A stretch of 64,000 bases of DNA from Eledone cirrhosa (lineage: Eukaryota). This document shows, in pieces, positions 1-15,000 of this stretch. Position numbers and translations under genes: made by a program. The stretch is taken from NCBI GenBank assembly GCA_964016885.1, contig CAXHJY010001609.1:186001-250000 (forward strand). Direction: 5' to 3'. A model generated the notes under the pieces. It searched no databases. It saw only the letters and a list, made by a program, of their open reading frames with translations, and was not told the origin of the DNA. Positions within the stretch are counted from its first letter, which is position 1. Every line of letters starts with the position of its first letter.

Positions 1-3000
1 TTTTGTACATTGTATAGAGTTTATACCTACATTGTGTACATTGTATAGAGTTTATACCTACATTGTGGACATTGTATAGAGTTTATGTCTACATTGTGTA
101 CATTGTATAGAGTTTATGTCTACATTGTATATAGTTTATGTCTACATCGTGTACATTGTATAGAGTTTATACCTACATTGTGTACATTGTATAGAGTTTA
201 TACTTACATTGTGTACATTGTATAGAGTTTATGTCTACATTGTGTACATTGTATAGAGTTTATACCTACATTGTGTACATTTTATAGAGGTTATGTCTAT
301 ATTGTGTACATTGTATAGAGTTTATACCTACATTTTGTACATTGTATAGAGTTTATACCTACATTGTGTACATTGTGTAGAGCTTATGTCTACATTGTGT
401 ACATTGTATAGAGTTTATGTCTATATTGTGTACATTGTATAGAGTTTATACCTACATTGTGTACATTGTATAGAGTTTATACCTACATTGTGTACATTGT
501 ATAGAGTTTATGTCTACATTGTGTACATTGTATAGAGTTTATACCTACATTGTGTACATTGTATAGAGTTTATACCTACATTGTGTACATTGTATAGAGT
601 TTATGTCTACATTGTGTACATTGTATAGAGTTTATACCTACATTGTGTACATTGTATAGAGTTTATACCTACATTGTGTACATTGTATAGAGTTTATGTC
701 TACATTGTGTACATTGTATAGATTTTATAACTACATTGTGTACATTGTATAGAGTTTATACCTACATTGTGTACATTGTATAGAGGTTATGTCTACATTG
801 TGTACATTGTATAGAGATTATACCTACATTGTGTACATTGTATATAGTTTATACCTACATTGTGTACATTGTATAGAGTTTTTGTCTACATTGTGTACAT
901 TGTATAGAGTTTATACCTACATTGTGTACATTGTATAGAGTTTATGTCTACATTTTGTACATTGTATACATTGTATAGAGTTTATGTCTACATTGTGTAC
1001 ATTGTATAGAGTTTATACCTACATTGTGTAGAGTTTATACCTACATTGTGTACATTGTGTAGAGTTTATACCTACATTGTGTACATTGTATAGAGGTTAT
1101 GTCTACATTGTGTACATTGTATAGAGTTTATACCTACATTGTGTACATTGTATAGAGTTTATACCTACATTGTGTACATTGTATAGAGTTTATACCTACA
1201 TTGTGTACATTTTATAGAGTTTATACCTACATTGTGTACATTGTATAGAGTTTATACCTACATTGTGTACATTGTATAGAGTTTATACCTACATTGTGTA
1301 CATTGTATAGAGTTTATGTCTACATTGTGTACATTGTATAGAGTTTATACCTACATTGTGTACATTGTATAGAGGTTATGTCTACAGTGTGTACATTGTA
1401 TAGAGTTTATACCTACATTGTGTACGTTGTATAGAGTTTATACCTACATTGTGTACATTGTATAGAGTTTATGTCTACATTTTGTACATTGTATAGAGTT
1501 TATACCTACATTGTGTACATTGTATAGAGTTTATACCTACATTGTGGACATTGTATAGAGTTTATGTCTACATTGTGTACATTGTATAGAGTTTATGTCT
1601 ACATTGTGTACATTGTATATAGTTTATGTCTACATCGTGTACATTGTATAGAGTTTATACCTACATTGTGTACATTGTATAGAGTTTATACTTACATTGT
1701 GTACATTGTATAGAGTTTATGTCTACATTGTATATAGTTTATGTCTACATCGTGTACATTGTATAGAGTTTATACCTACATTGTGTACATTGTATAGAGT
1801 TTATACTTACATTGTGTACATTGTATAGAGTTTATGTCTACATTGTGTACATTGTATAGAGTTTATACCTACATTGTGTACATTTTATAGAGGTTATGTC
1901 TATATTGTGTACATTGTATAGAGGTTATACCTACATTGTGTACATTGTATAGACGTTATACCTACATTGTGTACATTGTATAGAGTTTATACCTACATTG
2001 TGTACATTGTATAGAGGTTATACCTACATTGTGTACATTGTATAGAGTTTATACCTACATTTTGTACATTGTATAGAGTTTATACCTACATTGTGTACAT
2101 TGTGTAGAGCTTATGTCTACATTGTGTACATTGTATAGAGTTTATGTCTATATTGTGTACATTGTATAGAGTTTATACCTACATTGTGTACATTGTATAG
2201 AGTTTATACCTACATTGTATACATTGTATAGAGTTTATGTCTACATTGTGTACATTGTATAGAGTTTATACCTACATTGTGTACATTGTATAGAGTTTAT
2301 ACCTACATTGTGTACATTGTATAGAGTTTATGTCTACATTGTGTACATTGTATAGAGTTTATACCTACATTGTGTACATTGTATAGAGTTTATACCTACA
2401 TTGTGTACATTGTATAGAGTTTATGTCTACATTGTGTACATTGTATAGATTTTATACCTACATTGTGTACATTGTATAGAGTTTATACCTACATTGTGTA
2501 CATTGTATAGAGGTTATGTCTACATTGTGTACATTGTATAGAGTTTATACCTACATTGTGTACATTGTATAGAGTTTATACCTACATTGTGTACATTGTA
2601 TAGAGTTTATGTCTACATTGTGTACATTGTATAGAGTTTATACCTACATTGTGTACATTGTATAGAGTTTATGTCTACATTGTGTACATTGTATACATTG
2701 TATAGAGTTTATGTCTACATTGTGTACATTGTATAGAGTTTATACCTACATTGTGTAGAGTTTATACCTACATTGTGTACATTGTATAGAGGTTATGTCT
2801 ACATTGTGTACATTGTATAGAGTTTATACCTACATTGTGTACATTGTATAGAGTTTATACCTACATTGTGTTCATTGTATAGAGTTTATACCTACATTGT
2901 GTACATTGTATAGAGTTTATACCTACATTGTGTACATTGTATAGAGTTTATACCTACATTGTGTACATTGTATAGAGTTTATACCTACATTGTGTACATT

Positions 3001-6000
3001 GTATAGAGTTTATGTCTACATTGTGTACATTGTATAGAGTTTATACCTACATTGTGTACATTGTATAGAGGTTATGTCTACAGTGTGTACATTGTATAGA
3101 GTTTATACCTACATTGTGTACGTTGTATAGAGTTTATACCTACATTGTGTACATTGTATAGAGTTTATGTCTACATTTTGTACATTGTATAGAGTTTATA
3201 CCTACATTGTGTACATTGTATAGAGTTTATACCTACATTGTGGACATTGTATAGAGTTTATGTCTACATTGTGTACATTGTATAGAGTTTATGTCTACAT
3301 TGTGTACATTGTATATAGTTTATGTCTACATCGTGTACATTGTATAGAGTTTATACCTACATTGTGTACATTGTATAGAGTTTATACTTACATTGTGTAC
3401 ATTGTATAGAGTTTATGTCTACATAGTGTACATTGTATAGAGTTTATACCTACATTTTGTACATTTTATAGAGGTTATGCCTACATTGTGTACATTGTAT
3501 AGAGGTTATGTCTACATTGTGTACATTGTATAGAGTTTATGTCTACATTGTGTACATTGTATAGAGGTTATGCCTACATTGTGTACATTGTATAGAGTTT
3601 ATACCTACATTGTGTACATTGTATAGAGTTTATACCTACATTGTGTACATTGTATAGAGTTTATGTCTACATTGTGTACATTGTATAGAGTTTATACCTA
3701 CATTGTGGACATTGTATAGAGTTTATGTCTACATTGTGTACATTGTATAGAGTTTATACCTACATTGGGTACATTGTATAGAGGTTATGTCTACATTGTG
3801 TACATTGTATAGAGTTTATACCTACATTGTGTACATTGTATAGAGTTTATACCTACATTGTGTACATTGTATAGAGTTTATACCTACATTGTGTACATTG
3901 TATAGAGTTTATTCCTACATTGTGTACATTGTATAGAGTTTATACCTACATTGTGTACATTGTATAGAGTTTATACCTACATTGTGTACATTGTATAGAG
4001 TTTATGTCTACATTGTGTACATTGTATAGAGTTTATACCTACATTGTGTACATTGTATAGAGGTTATGTCTACAGTGTGTACATTGTATAGAGTTTATAC
4101 CTACATTGTGTACGTTGTATAGAGTTTATACCTACATTGTGTACATTGTATAGAGTTTATGTCTACATTTTGTACATTGTATAGAGTTTATACCTACATT
4201 GTGTACATTGTATAGAGTTTATACCTACATTGTGGACATTGTATAGAGTTTATGTCTACATTGTGTACATTGTATAGAGTTTATGTCTACATTGTGTACA
4301 TTGTATATAGTTTATGTCTACATCGTGTACATTGTATAGAGTTTATACCTACATTGTGTACATTGTATAGAGTTTATACTTACATTGTGTACATTGTATA
4401 GAGTTTATGTCTACATTGTGTACATTGTATAGAGTTTATACCTACATTGTGTACATTTTATAGAGGTTATGCCTACATTGTGTACATTGTATAGAGGTTA
4501 TGTCTACATTGTGTACATTGTATAGAGTTTATGTCTACATTGTGTACATTGTATAGAGGTTATGCCTACATTGTGTACATTGTATAGAGTTTATACCTAC
4601 ATTGTGTACATTGTATAGAGTTTATACCTACATTGTGTACATTGTATAGAGTTTATGTCTACATTGTGTACATTGTATAGAGTTTATACCTACATTGGGT
4701 ACATTGTATAGAGTTTATACCTACATTGTGTACATTGTATAGAGGTTATGCCTACATTGTGTACATTGTATAGAGTTTATACCTACATTGTGTACATTGT
4801 ATAGAGTTTATACTTACATTGTGTACATTGTATAGAGTTTATACCTACATTGTATACATTGTATAGAGTTTGTGTCTACATTGTGTACATTGTATAGAGT
4901 TTATGTCTACATTGTGTACATTGTATAGAGTTTATGTCTACATTGTGTACATTGTATAGAGCTTGTGTCTACATTGTGTACATTGTATAGAGTGTATACC
5001 TACATTGTGTACATTGTGTAGAGCTTATGTCTACATTGTGTACATTGTATAGAGTTTATGTCTATATTGTGTACATTGTATAGAGGTTATACCTACATTG
5101 TGTACATTGTATAGACGTTATACCTATATTGTGTACATTGTATAGAGTTTATGTCTACATTGTGTACATTGTATAGAGTTTATACCTACATTGTGTACAT
5201 TGTATAGAGTTTATACCTACATTGTGTACATTGTATAGAGTTTATGTCTACATTGTGTACATTGTATAGAGTTTATGTCTACATTGTGTACATTGTATAG
5301 AGTTTATACCTACATTGTGTACATTGTATAGAGTTTATGTCTACATTGTGTACATTGTATACATTGTATAGAGTTTATGTCTACATTGTGTACATTGTAT
5401 AGAGTTTATACCTACATTGTGTAGAGTTTATACCTACATTGTGTACATTGTATAGAGGTTATGTCTACATTGTGTACATTGTATAGAGTTTATACCTACA
5501 TTGTGTACATTGTATAGAGTTTATACCTACATTGTGTTCATTGTATAGAGTTTATACCTACATTGTGTACATTGTATAGAGTTTATACCTACATTGTGTA
5601 CATTGTATAGAGTTTATACCTACATTGTGTACATTGTATAGAGTTTATACCTACATTGTGTACATTGTATAGAGTTTATGTCTACATTGTGTACATTGTA
5701 TAGAGTTTATACCTACATTGTGTACATTGTATAGAGGTTATGTCTACAGTGTGTACATTGTATAGAGTTTATACCTACATTGTGTACGTTGTATAGAGTT
5801 TATACCTACATTGTGTACATTGTATAGAGTTTATGTCTACATTTTGTACATTGTATAGAGTTTATACCTACATTGTGTACATTGTATAGAGTTTATACCT
5901 ACATTGTGGACATTGTATAGAGTTTATGTCTACATTGTGTACATTGTATAGAGTTTATGTCTACATTGTGTACATTGTATATAGTTTATGTCTACATCGT

Positions 6001-9000
6001 GTACATTGTATAGAGTTTATACCTACATTGTGTACATTGTATAGAGTTTATACTTACATTGTGTACATTGTATAGAGTTTATGTCTACATAGTGTACATT
6101 GTATAGAGTTTATACCTACATTTTGTACATTTTATAGAGGTTATGCCTACATTGTGTACATTGTATAGAGGTTATGTCTACATTGTGTACATTGTATAGA
6201 GTTTATGTCTACATTGTGTACATTGTATAGAGGTTATGCCTACATTGTGTACATTGTATAGAGTTTATACCTACATTGTGTACATTGTATAGAGTTTATA
6301 CCTACATTGTGTACATTGTATAGAGTTTATGTCTACATTGTGTACATTGTATAGAGTTTATACCTACATTGTGGACATTGTATAGAGTTTATGTCTACAT
6401 TGTGTACATTGTATAGAGTTTATACCTACATTGGGTACATTGTATAGAGGTTATGTCTACATTGTGTACATTGTATAGAGTTTATACCTACATTGTGTAC
6501 ATTGTATAGAGTTTATACCTACATTGTGTACATTGTATAGAGTTTATACCTACATTGTGTACATTGTATAGAGTTTATTCCTACATTGTGTACATTGTAT
6601 AGAGTTTATACCTACATTGTGTACATTGTATAGAGTTTATACCTACATTGTGTACATTGTATAGAGTTTATGTCTACATTGTGTACATTGTATAGAGTTT
6701 ATACCTACATTGTGTACATTGTATAGAGGTTATGTCTACAGTGTGTACATTGTATAGAGTTTATACCTACATTGTGTACGTTGTATAGAGTTTATACCTA
6801 CATTGTGTACATTGTATAGAGTTTATGTCTACATTTTGTACATTGTATAGAGTTTATACCTACATTGTGTACATTGTATAGAGTTTATACCTACATTGTG
6901 GACATTGTATAGAGTTTATGTCTACATTGTGTACATTGTATAGAGTTTATGTCTACATTGTGTACATTGTATATAGTTTATGTCTACATCGTGTACATTG
7001 TATAGAGTTTATACCTACATTGTGTACATTGTATAGAGTTTATACTTACATTGTGTACATTGTATAGAGTTTATGTCTACATTGTGTACATTGTATAGAG
7101 TTTATACCTACATTGTGTACATTTTATAGAGGTTATGCCTACATTGTGTACATTGTATAGAGGTTATGTCTACATTGTGTACATTGTATAGAGTTTATGT
7201 CTACATTGTGTACATTGTATAGAGGTTATGCCTACATTGTGTACATTGTATAGAGTTTATACCTACATTGTGTACATTGTATAGAGTTTATACCTACATT
7301 GTGTACATTGTATAGAGTTTATGTCTACATTGTGTACATTGTATAGAGTTTATACCTACATTGTGGATTTGTATAGAGTTTATGTCTACATTGTGTACAT
7401 TGTATAGAGTTTATACCTACATTGGGTACATTGTATAGAGTTTATACCTACATTGTGTACATTGTATAGAGGTTATGCCTACATTGTGTACATTGTATAG
7501 AGTTTATACCTACATTGTGTACATTGTATAGAGTTTATACTTACATTGTGTACATTGTATAGAGTTTATACCTACATTGTATACATTGTATAGAGTTTGT
7601 GTCTACATTGTGTACATTGTATAGAGTTTATGTCTACATTGTGTACATTGTATAGAGTTTATGTCTACATTGTGTACATTGTATAGAGCTTGTGTCTACA
7701 TTGTGTACATTGTATAGAGTGTATACCTACATTGTGTACATTGTGTAGAGCTTATGTCTACATTGTGTACATTGTATAGAGTTTATGTCTATATTGTGTA
7801 CATTGTATAGAGGTTATACCTACATTGTGTACATTGTATAGACGTTATACCTATATTGTGTACATTGTATAGAGTTTATGTCTACATTGTGTACATTGTA
7901 TAGAGTTTATACCTACATTGTGTACATTGTATAGAGTTTATACCTACATTGTGTACATTGTATAGAGTTTATGTCTACATTGTGTACATTGTATAGAGTT
8001 TGTGTCTACATTGTGTACATTGTATAGAGTGTATACCTACATTGTGTACATTGTATAGAGTTTATGTCTACATTGTGTACATTGTATAGAGTTTATGTCT
8101 ACATTGTGTACATTGTATAGAGTTTATACCTACATTGTGAACATTGTATAGAGTTTATACCTACATTGTGTACATTGTATAGAGTTTGTGTCTACATTGT
8201 GTACATTGTATAGAGTGTATACCTACATTGTGTACATTGTATAGAGTTTATACCTACATTTGGTACATTGTATAGAGTTTGTGTCTACATTGTGTACATT
8301 GTATAGAGTGTATACCTACATTGTGTACATTGTATAGAGTTTATGTCTACATTGTGTACATTGTATAGAGTTTATGTCTACATTGTGTAGAGTTTATACC
8401 TACATTGTGTACATTGTATAGAGTTTATACCTACATTGTGTACATTGTATAGAGTTTATGTCTACATTGTATAGAGTTTGTGTCTACATTGTGTACATTG
8501 TATAGAGTGTATACCTACATTGTGTACATTGTGTAGAGTTTATGTCTACATTGTGTACATTGTATAGAGTTTATGTCTATATTGTGTACATTGTATAGAG
8601 GTTATACCTACATTGTGTACATTGTATAGACGTTATACCTACATTGTGTACATTGTATAGAGTTTATACCTACATTGTGTACATTGTATAGAGGTTATAC
8701 CTACATTGTGTACATTGTATAGAGTTTATACCTACATTTTGTACATTGTATAGAGTTTATACCTACATTGTGTACATTGTGTAGAGCTTATGTCTACATT
8801 GTGTACATTGTATAGAGTTTATGTCTATATTGTGTACATTGTATAGAGGTTATACCTACATTGTGTACATTGTATAGAGTTTATACCTACATTGTGTACA
8901 TTGTATAGAGTTTATACCTACATTGTGTACATTGTATAGAGTTTATGTCTACATTGTGTACATTGTATAGAGTTTATACCTACATTGTGTACATTGTATA

Positions 9001-12000
9001 GAGTTTATACCTACATTGTGTACATTGTATAGAGTTTATGTCTACATTGTGTACATTGTATAGAGTTTATACCTACATTGTGTACATTGTATAGAGTTTA
9101 TACCTACATTGTGTACATTGTATAGAGTTTATGTCTACATTGTATAGAGTTTATGTCTACATTGTGTACATTGTATACATTGTATAGAGTTTATGTCTAC
9201 ATTGTGTACATTGTATAGAGTTTATACCTACATTGTGTAGAGTTTATACCTACATTGTGTACATTGTATAGAGGTTATGTGTACATTGTGTACATTGTAT
9301 AGAGTTTATGTCTACATTGTGTACATTGTATACATTGTATAGAGTTTATGTCTACATTGTGTACATTGTATAGAGTTTATACCTACATTGTGTAGAGTTT
9401 ATACCTACATTGTGTACATTGTATAGAGGTTATGTCTACATTGTGTACATTGTATAGAGTTTATACCTACATTGTGTACATTGTATAGAGTTTATACCTA
9501 CATTGTGTACATTGTATAGAGTTTATACCTACATTGTGTACATTGTATAGAGTTTGTCTATATTGTGTACATTGTATAGAGTTTATACCTACATTGTGTA
9601 CATTGTATAGAGGTTATGTCTACAGTGTGTACATTGTATAGAGTTTATACCTACATTGTGTATGTTGTATAGAGTTTATACCTACATTGTGTACATTGTA
9701 TAGAGTTTATGTCTACATTTTGTACATTGTATAGAGTTTATACCTACATTGTGTACATTGTATAGAGTTTATACCTACATTGTGGACATTGTATAGAGTT
9801 TATGTCTACATTGTGTACATTGTATAGAGTTTATGTCTACATTGTATATAGTTTATGTCTACATCGTGTACATTGTATAGAGTTTATACCTACATTGTGT
9901 ACATTGTATAGACTTTATACTTACATTGTGTACATTGTATAGAGTTTATGTCTACATTGTGTACATTGTATAGAGTTTATACCTACATTGTGTACATTTT
10001 ATAGAGGTTATGTCTATATTGTGTACATTGTATAGAGGTTATACCTACATTGTGTACATTGTATAGACGTTATACCTACATTGTGTACATTGTATAGAGT
10101 TTATACCTACATTGTGTACATTGTATAGAGGTTATACCTACATTGTGTACATTGTATAGAGTTTATACCTACATTTTGTACATTGTATAGAGTTTATACC
10201 TACATTGTGTACATTGTGTAGAGCTTATGTCTACATTGTGTACATTGTATAGAGTTTATGTCTATATTGTGTACATTGTATAGAGTTTATACCTACATTG
10301 TGTACATTGTATAGAGTTTATACCTACATTGTGTACATTGTATAGAGTTTATGTCTACATTGTGTACATTGTATAGAGTTTATACCTACATTGTGTACAT
10401 TGTATAGAGTTTATACCTACATTGTGTACATTGTATAGAGTTTATGTCTACATTGTGTACATTGTATAGAGTTTATACCTACATTGTGTACATTGTATAG
10501 AGTTTATACCTACATTGTGTACATTGTATAGAGTTTATGTCTACATTGTGTACATTGTATAGATTTTATACCTACATTGTGTACATTGTATAGAGGTTAT
10601 GTCTACATTGTGTACATTGTATAGAGTTTATACCTACATTGTGTACATTGTATAGAGTTTATACGTACATTGTGTACATTGTATAGAGTTTATGTCTACA
10701 TTGTGTACATTGTATAGAGTTTATACCTACATTGTGTACATTGTATAGAGTTTATGTCTACATTGTGTACATTGTATACATTGTATAGAGTTTATGTCTA
10801 CATTGTGTACATTGTATAGAGTTTATACCTACATTGTGTAGAGTTTATACCTACATTGTGTACATTGTATAGAGGTTATGTCTACATTGTGTACATTGTA
10901 TAGAGTTTATACCTACATTGTGTACATTGTATAGAGTTTATACCTACATTGTGTACATTGTATAGAGTTTATACTTACATTGTGTACATTGTATAGAGTT
11001 TATACCTACATTGTGTACATTGTATAGAGTTTATGTCTACATTGTGTACATTGTATAGAGTTTATACCTACATTGTGGATTTGTATAGAGTTTATGTCTA
11101 CATTGTGTACATTGTATAGAGTTTATACCTACATTGGGTACATTGTATAGAGTTTATACCTACATTGTGTACATTGTATAGAGGTTATGCCTACATTGTG
11201 TACATTGTATAGAGTTTATACCTACATTGTGTACATTGTATAGAGTTTATACTTACATTGTGTACATTGTATAGAGTTTATACCTACATTGTATACATTG
11301 TATAGAGTTTGTGTCTACATTGTGTACATTGTATAGAGTTTATGTCTACATTGTGTACATTGTATAGAGTTTATGTCTACATTGTGTACATTGTATAGAG
11401 TTTGTGTCTACATTGTGTACATTGTATAGAGTGTATACCTACATTGTGTACATTGTGTAGAGCTTATGTCTACATTGTGTACATTGTATAGAGTTTATGT
11501 CTATATTGTGTACATTGTATAGAGGTTATACCTACATTGTGTACATTGTATAGACGTTATACCTATATTGTGTACATTGTATAGAGTTTATGTCTACATT
11601 GTGTACATTGTATAGAGTTTATACCTACATTGTGTACATTGTATAGAGTTTATACCTACATTGTGTACATTGTATAGAGTTTATGTCTACATTGTGTACA
11701 TTGTATAGAGTTTGTGTCTACATTGTGTACATTGTATAGAGTGTATACCTACATTGTGTACATTGTATAGAGTTTATGTCTACATTGTGTACATTGTATA
11801 GAGTTTATGTCTACATTGTGTACATTGTATAGAGTTTATACCTACATTGTGAACATTGTATAGAGTTTATACCTACATTGTGTACATTGTATAGAGTTTG
11901 TGTCTACATTGTGTACATTGTATAGAGTGTATACCTACATTGTGTACATTGTATAGAGTTTATACCTACATTTGGTACATTGTATAGAGTTTGTGTCTAC

Positions 12001-15000
12001 ATTGTGTACATTGTATAGAGTGTATACCTACATTGTGTACATTGTATAGAGTTTATGTCTACATTGTGTACATTGTATAGAGTTTATGTCTACATTGTGT
12101 AGAGTTTATACCTACATTGTGTACATTGTATAGAGTTTATACCTACATTGTGTACATTGTATAGAGTTTATGTCTACATTGTATAGAGTTTGTGTCTACA
12201 TTGTGTACATTGTATAGAGTGTATACCTACATTGTGTACATTGTGTAGAGTTTATGTCTACATTGTGTACATTGTATAGAGTTTATGTCTATATTGTGTA
12301 CATTGTATAGAGGTTATACCTACATTGTGTACATTGTATAGACGTTATACCTACATTGTGTACATTGTATAGAGTTTATACCTACATTGTGTACATTGTA
12401 TAGAGGTTATACCTACATTGTGTACATTGTATAGAGTTTATACCTACATTTTGTACATTGTATAGAGTTTATACCTACATTGTGTACATTGTGTAGAGCT
12501 TATGTCTACATTGTGTACATTGTATAGAGTTTATGTCTATATTGTGTACATTGTATAGAGGTTATACCTACATTGTGTACATTGTATAGAGTTTATACCT
12601 ACATTGTGTACATTGTATAGAGTTTATACCTACATTGTGTACATTGTATAGAGTTTATGTCTACATTGTCTACATTGTATAGAGTTTATACCTACATTGT
12701 GTACATTGTATAGAGTTTATACCTACATTGTGTACATTGTATAGAGTTTATGTCTACATTGTGTACATTGTATAGAGTTTATACCTACATTGTGTACATT
12801 GTATAGAGTTTATACCTACATTGTGTACATTGTATAGAGTTTATGTCTACATTGTATAGAGTTTATGTCTACATTGTGTACATTGTATACATTGTATAGA
12901 GTTTATGTCTACATTGTGTACATTGTATAGAGTTTATACCTACATTGTGTAGAGTTTATACCTACATTGTGTACATTGTATAGAGGTTATGTGTACATTG
13001 TGTACATTGTATAGAGTTTATGTCTACATTGTGTACATTGTATACATTGTATAGAGTTTATGTCTACATTGTGTACATTGTATAGAGTTTATACCTACAT
13101 TGTGTAGAGTTTATACCTACATTGTGTACATTGTATAGAGGTTATGTCTACATTGTGTACATTGTATAGAGTTTATACCTACATTGTGTACATTGTATAG
13201 AGTTTATACCTACATTGTGTACATTGTATAGAGTTTATACCTACATTGTGTACATTGTATAGAGTTTGTCTATATTGTGTACATTGTATAGAGTTTATAC
13301 CTACATTGTGTACATTGTATAGAGGTTATGTCTACAGTGTGTACATTGTATAGAGTTTATACCTACATTGTGTATGTTGTATAGAGTTTATACCTACATT
13401 GTGTACATTGTATAGAGTTTATGTCTACATTTTGTACATTGTATAGAGTTTATACCTACATTGTGTACATTGTATAGAGTTTATACCTACATTGTGGACA
13501 TTGTATAGAGTTTATGTCTACATTGTGTACATTGTATAGAGTTTATGTCTACATTGTATATAGTTTATGTCTACATTGTGTACATTGTATAGAGTTTATA
13601 CCTACATTGTGTACATTGTATAGACTTTATACTTACATTGTGTACATTGTATAGAGTTTATGTCTACATTGTGTACATTGTATAGAGTTTATACCTACAT
13701 TGTGTACATTTTATAGAGGTTATGTCTATATTGTGTACATTGTATAGAGGTTATACCTACATTGTGTACATTGTATAGACGTTATACCTACATTGTGTAC
13801 ATTGTATAGAGTTTATACCTACATTGTGTACATTGTATAGAGGTTATACCTACATTGTGTACATTGTATAGAGTTTATACCTACATTTTGTACATTGTAT
13901 AGAGTTTATACCTACATTGTGTACATTGTGTAGAGCTTATGTCTACATTGTGTACATTGTATAGAGTTTATGTCTATATTGTGTACATTGTATAGAGTTT
14001 ATACCTACATTGTGTACATTGTATAGAGTTTATACCTACATTGTGTACATTGTATAGAGTTTATGTCTACATTGTGTACATTGTATAGAGTTTATACCTA
14101 CATTGTGTACATTGTATAGAGTTTATACCTACATTGTGTACATTGTATAGAGTTTATGTCTACATTGTGTACATTGTATAGATTTTATACCTACATTGTG
14201 TACATTGTATAGAGTTTATACCTACATTGTGTACATTGTATAGAGGTTATGTCTACATTGTGTACATTGTATAGAGTTTATACCTACATTGTGTACATCG
14301 TATAGAGTTTATACCTACATTGTGTACATTGTATAGAGTTTATGTCTACATTGTGTACATTGTATAGAGTTTATACCTACATTGTGTACATTGTATAGAG
14401 TTTATGTCTACATTGTGTACATTGTATACATTGTATAGAGTTTATGTCTACATTGTGTACATTGTATAGAGTTTATACCTACATTGTGTAGAGTTTATAC
14501 CTACATTGTGTACATTGTATAGAGGTTATGTCTACATTGTGTACATTGTATAGAGTTTATACCTACATTGTGTACATTGTATAGAGTTTATACCTACATT
14601 GTGTTCATTGTATAGAGTTTATACCTACATTGTGTACATTGTATAGAGTTTATACCTACATTGTGTACATTGTATAGAGTTTATACCTACATTGTGTACA
14701 TTGTATAGAGTTTATGTCTACATTGTGTACATTGTATAGAGTTTATACCTACATTGTGTACATTGTATAGAGGTTATGTCTACAGTGTGTACATTGTATA
14801 GAGTTTATACCTACATTGTGTACGTTGTATAGAGTTTATACCTACATTGTGTACATTGTATAGAGTTTATGTCTACATTTTGTACATTGTATAGAATTTA
14901 TACCTACATTGTGTACATTGTATAGAGTTTATACCTACATTGTGGACATTGTATAGAGTTTATGTCTACATTGTGTACATTGTATAGAGTTTATGTCTAC

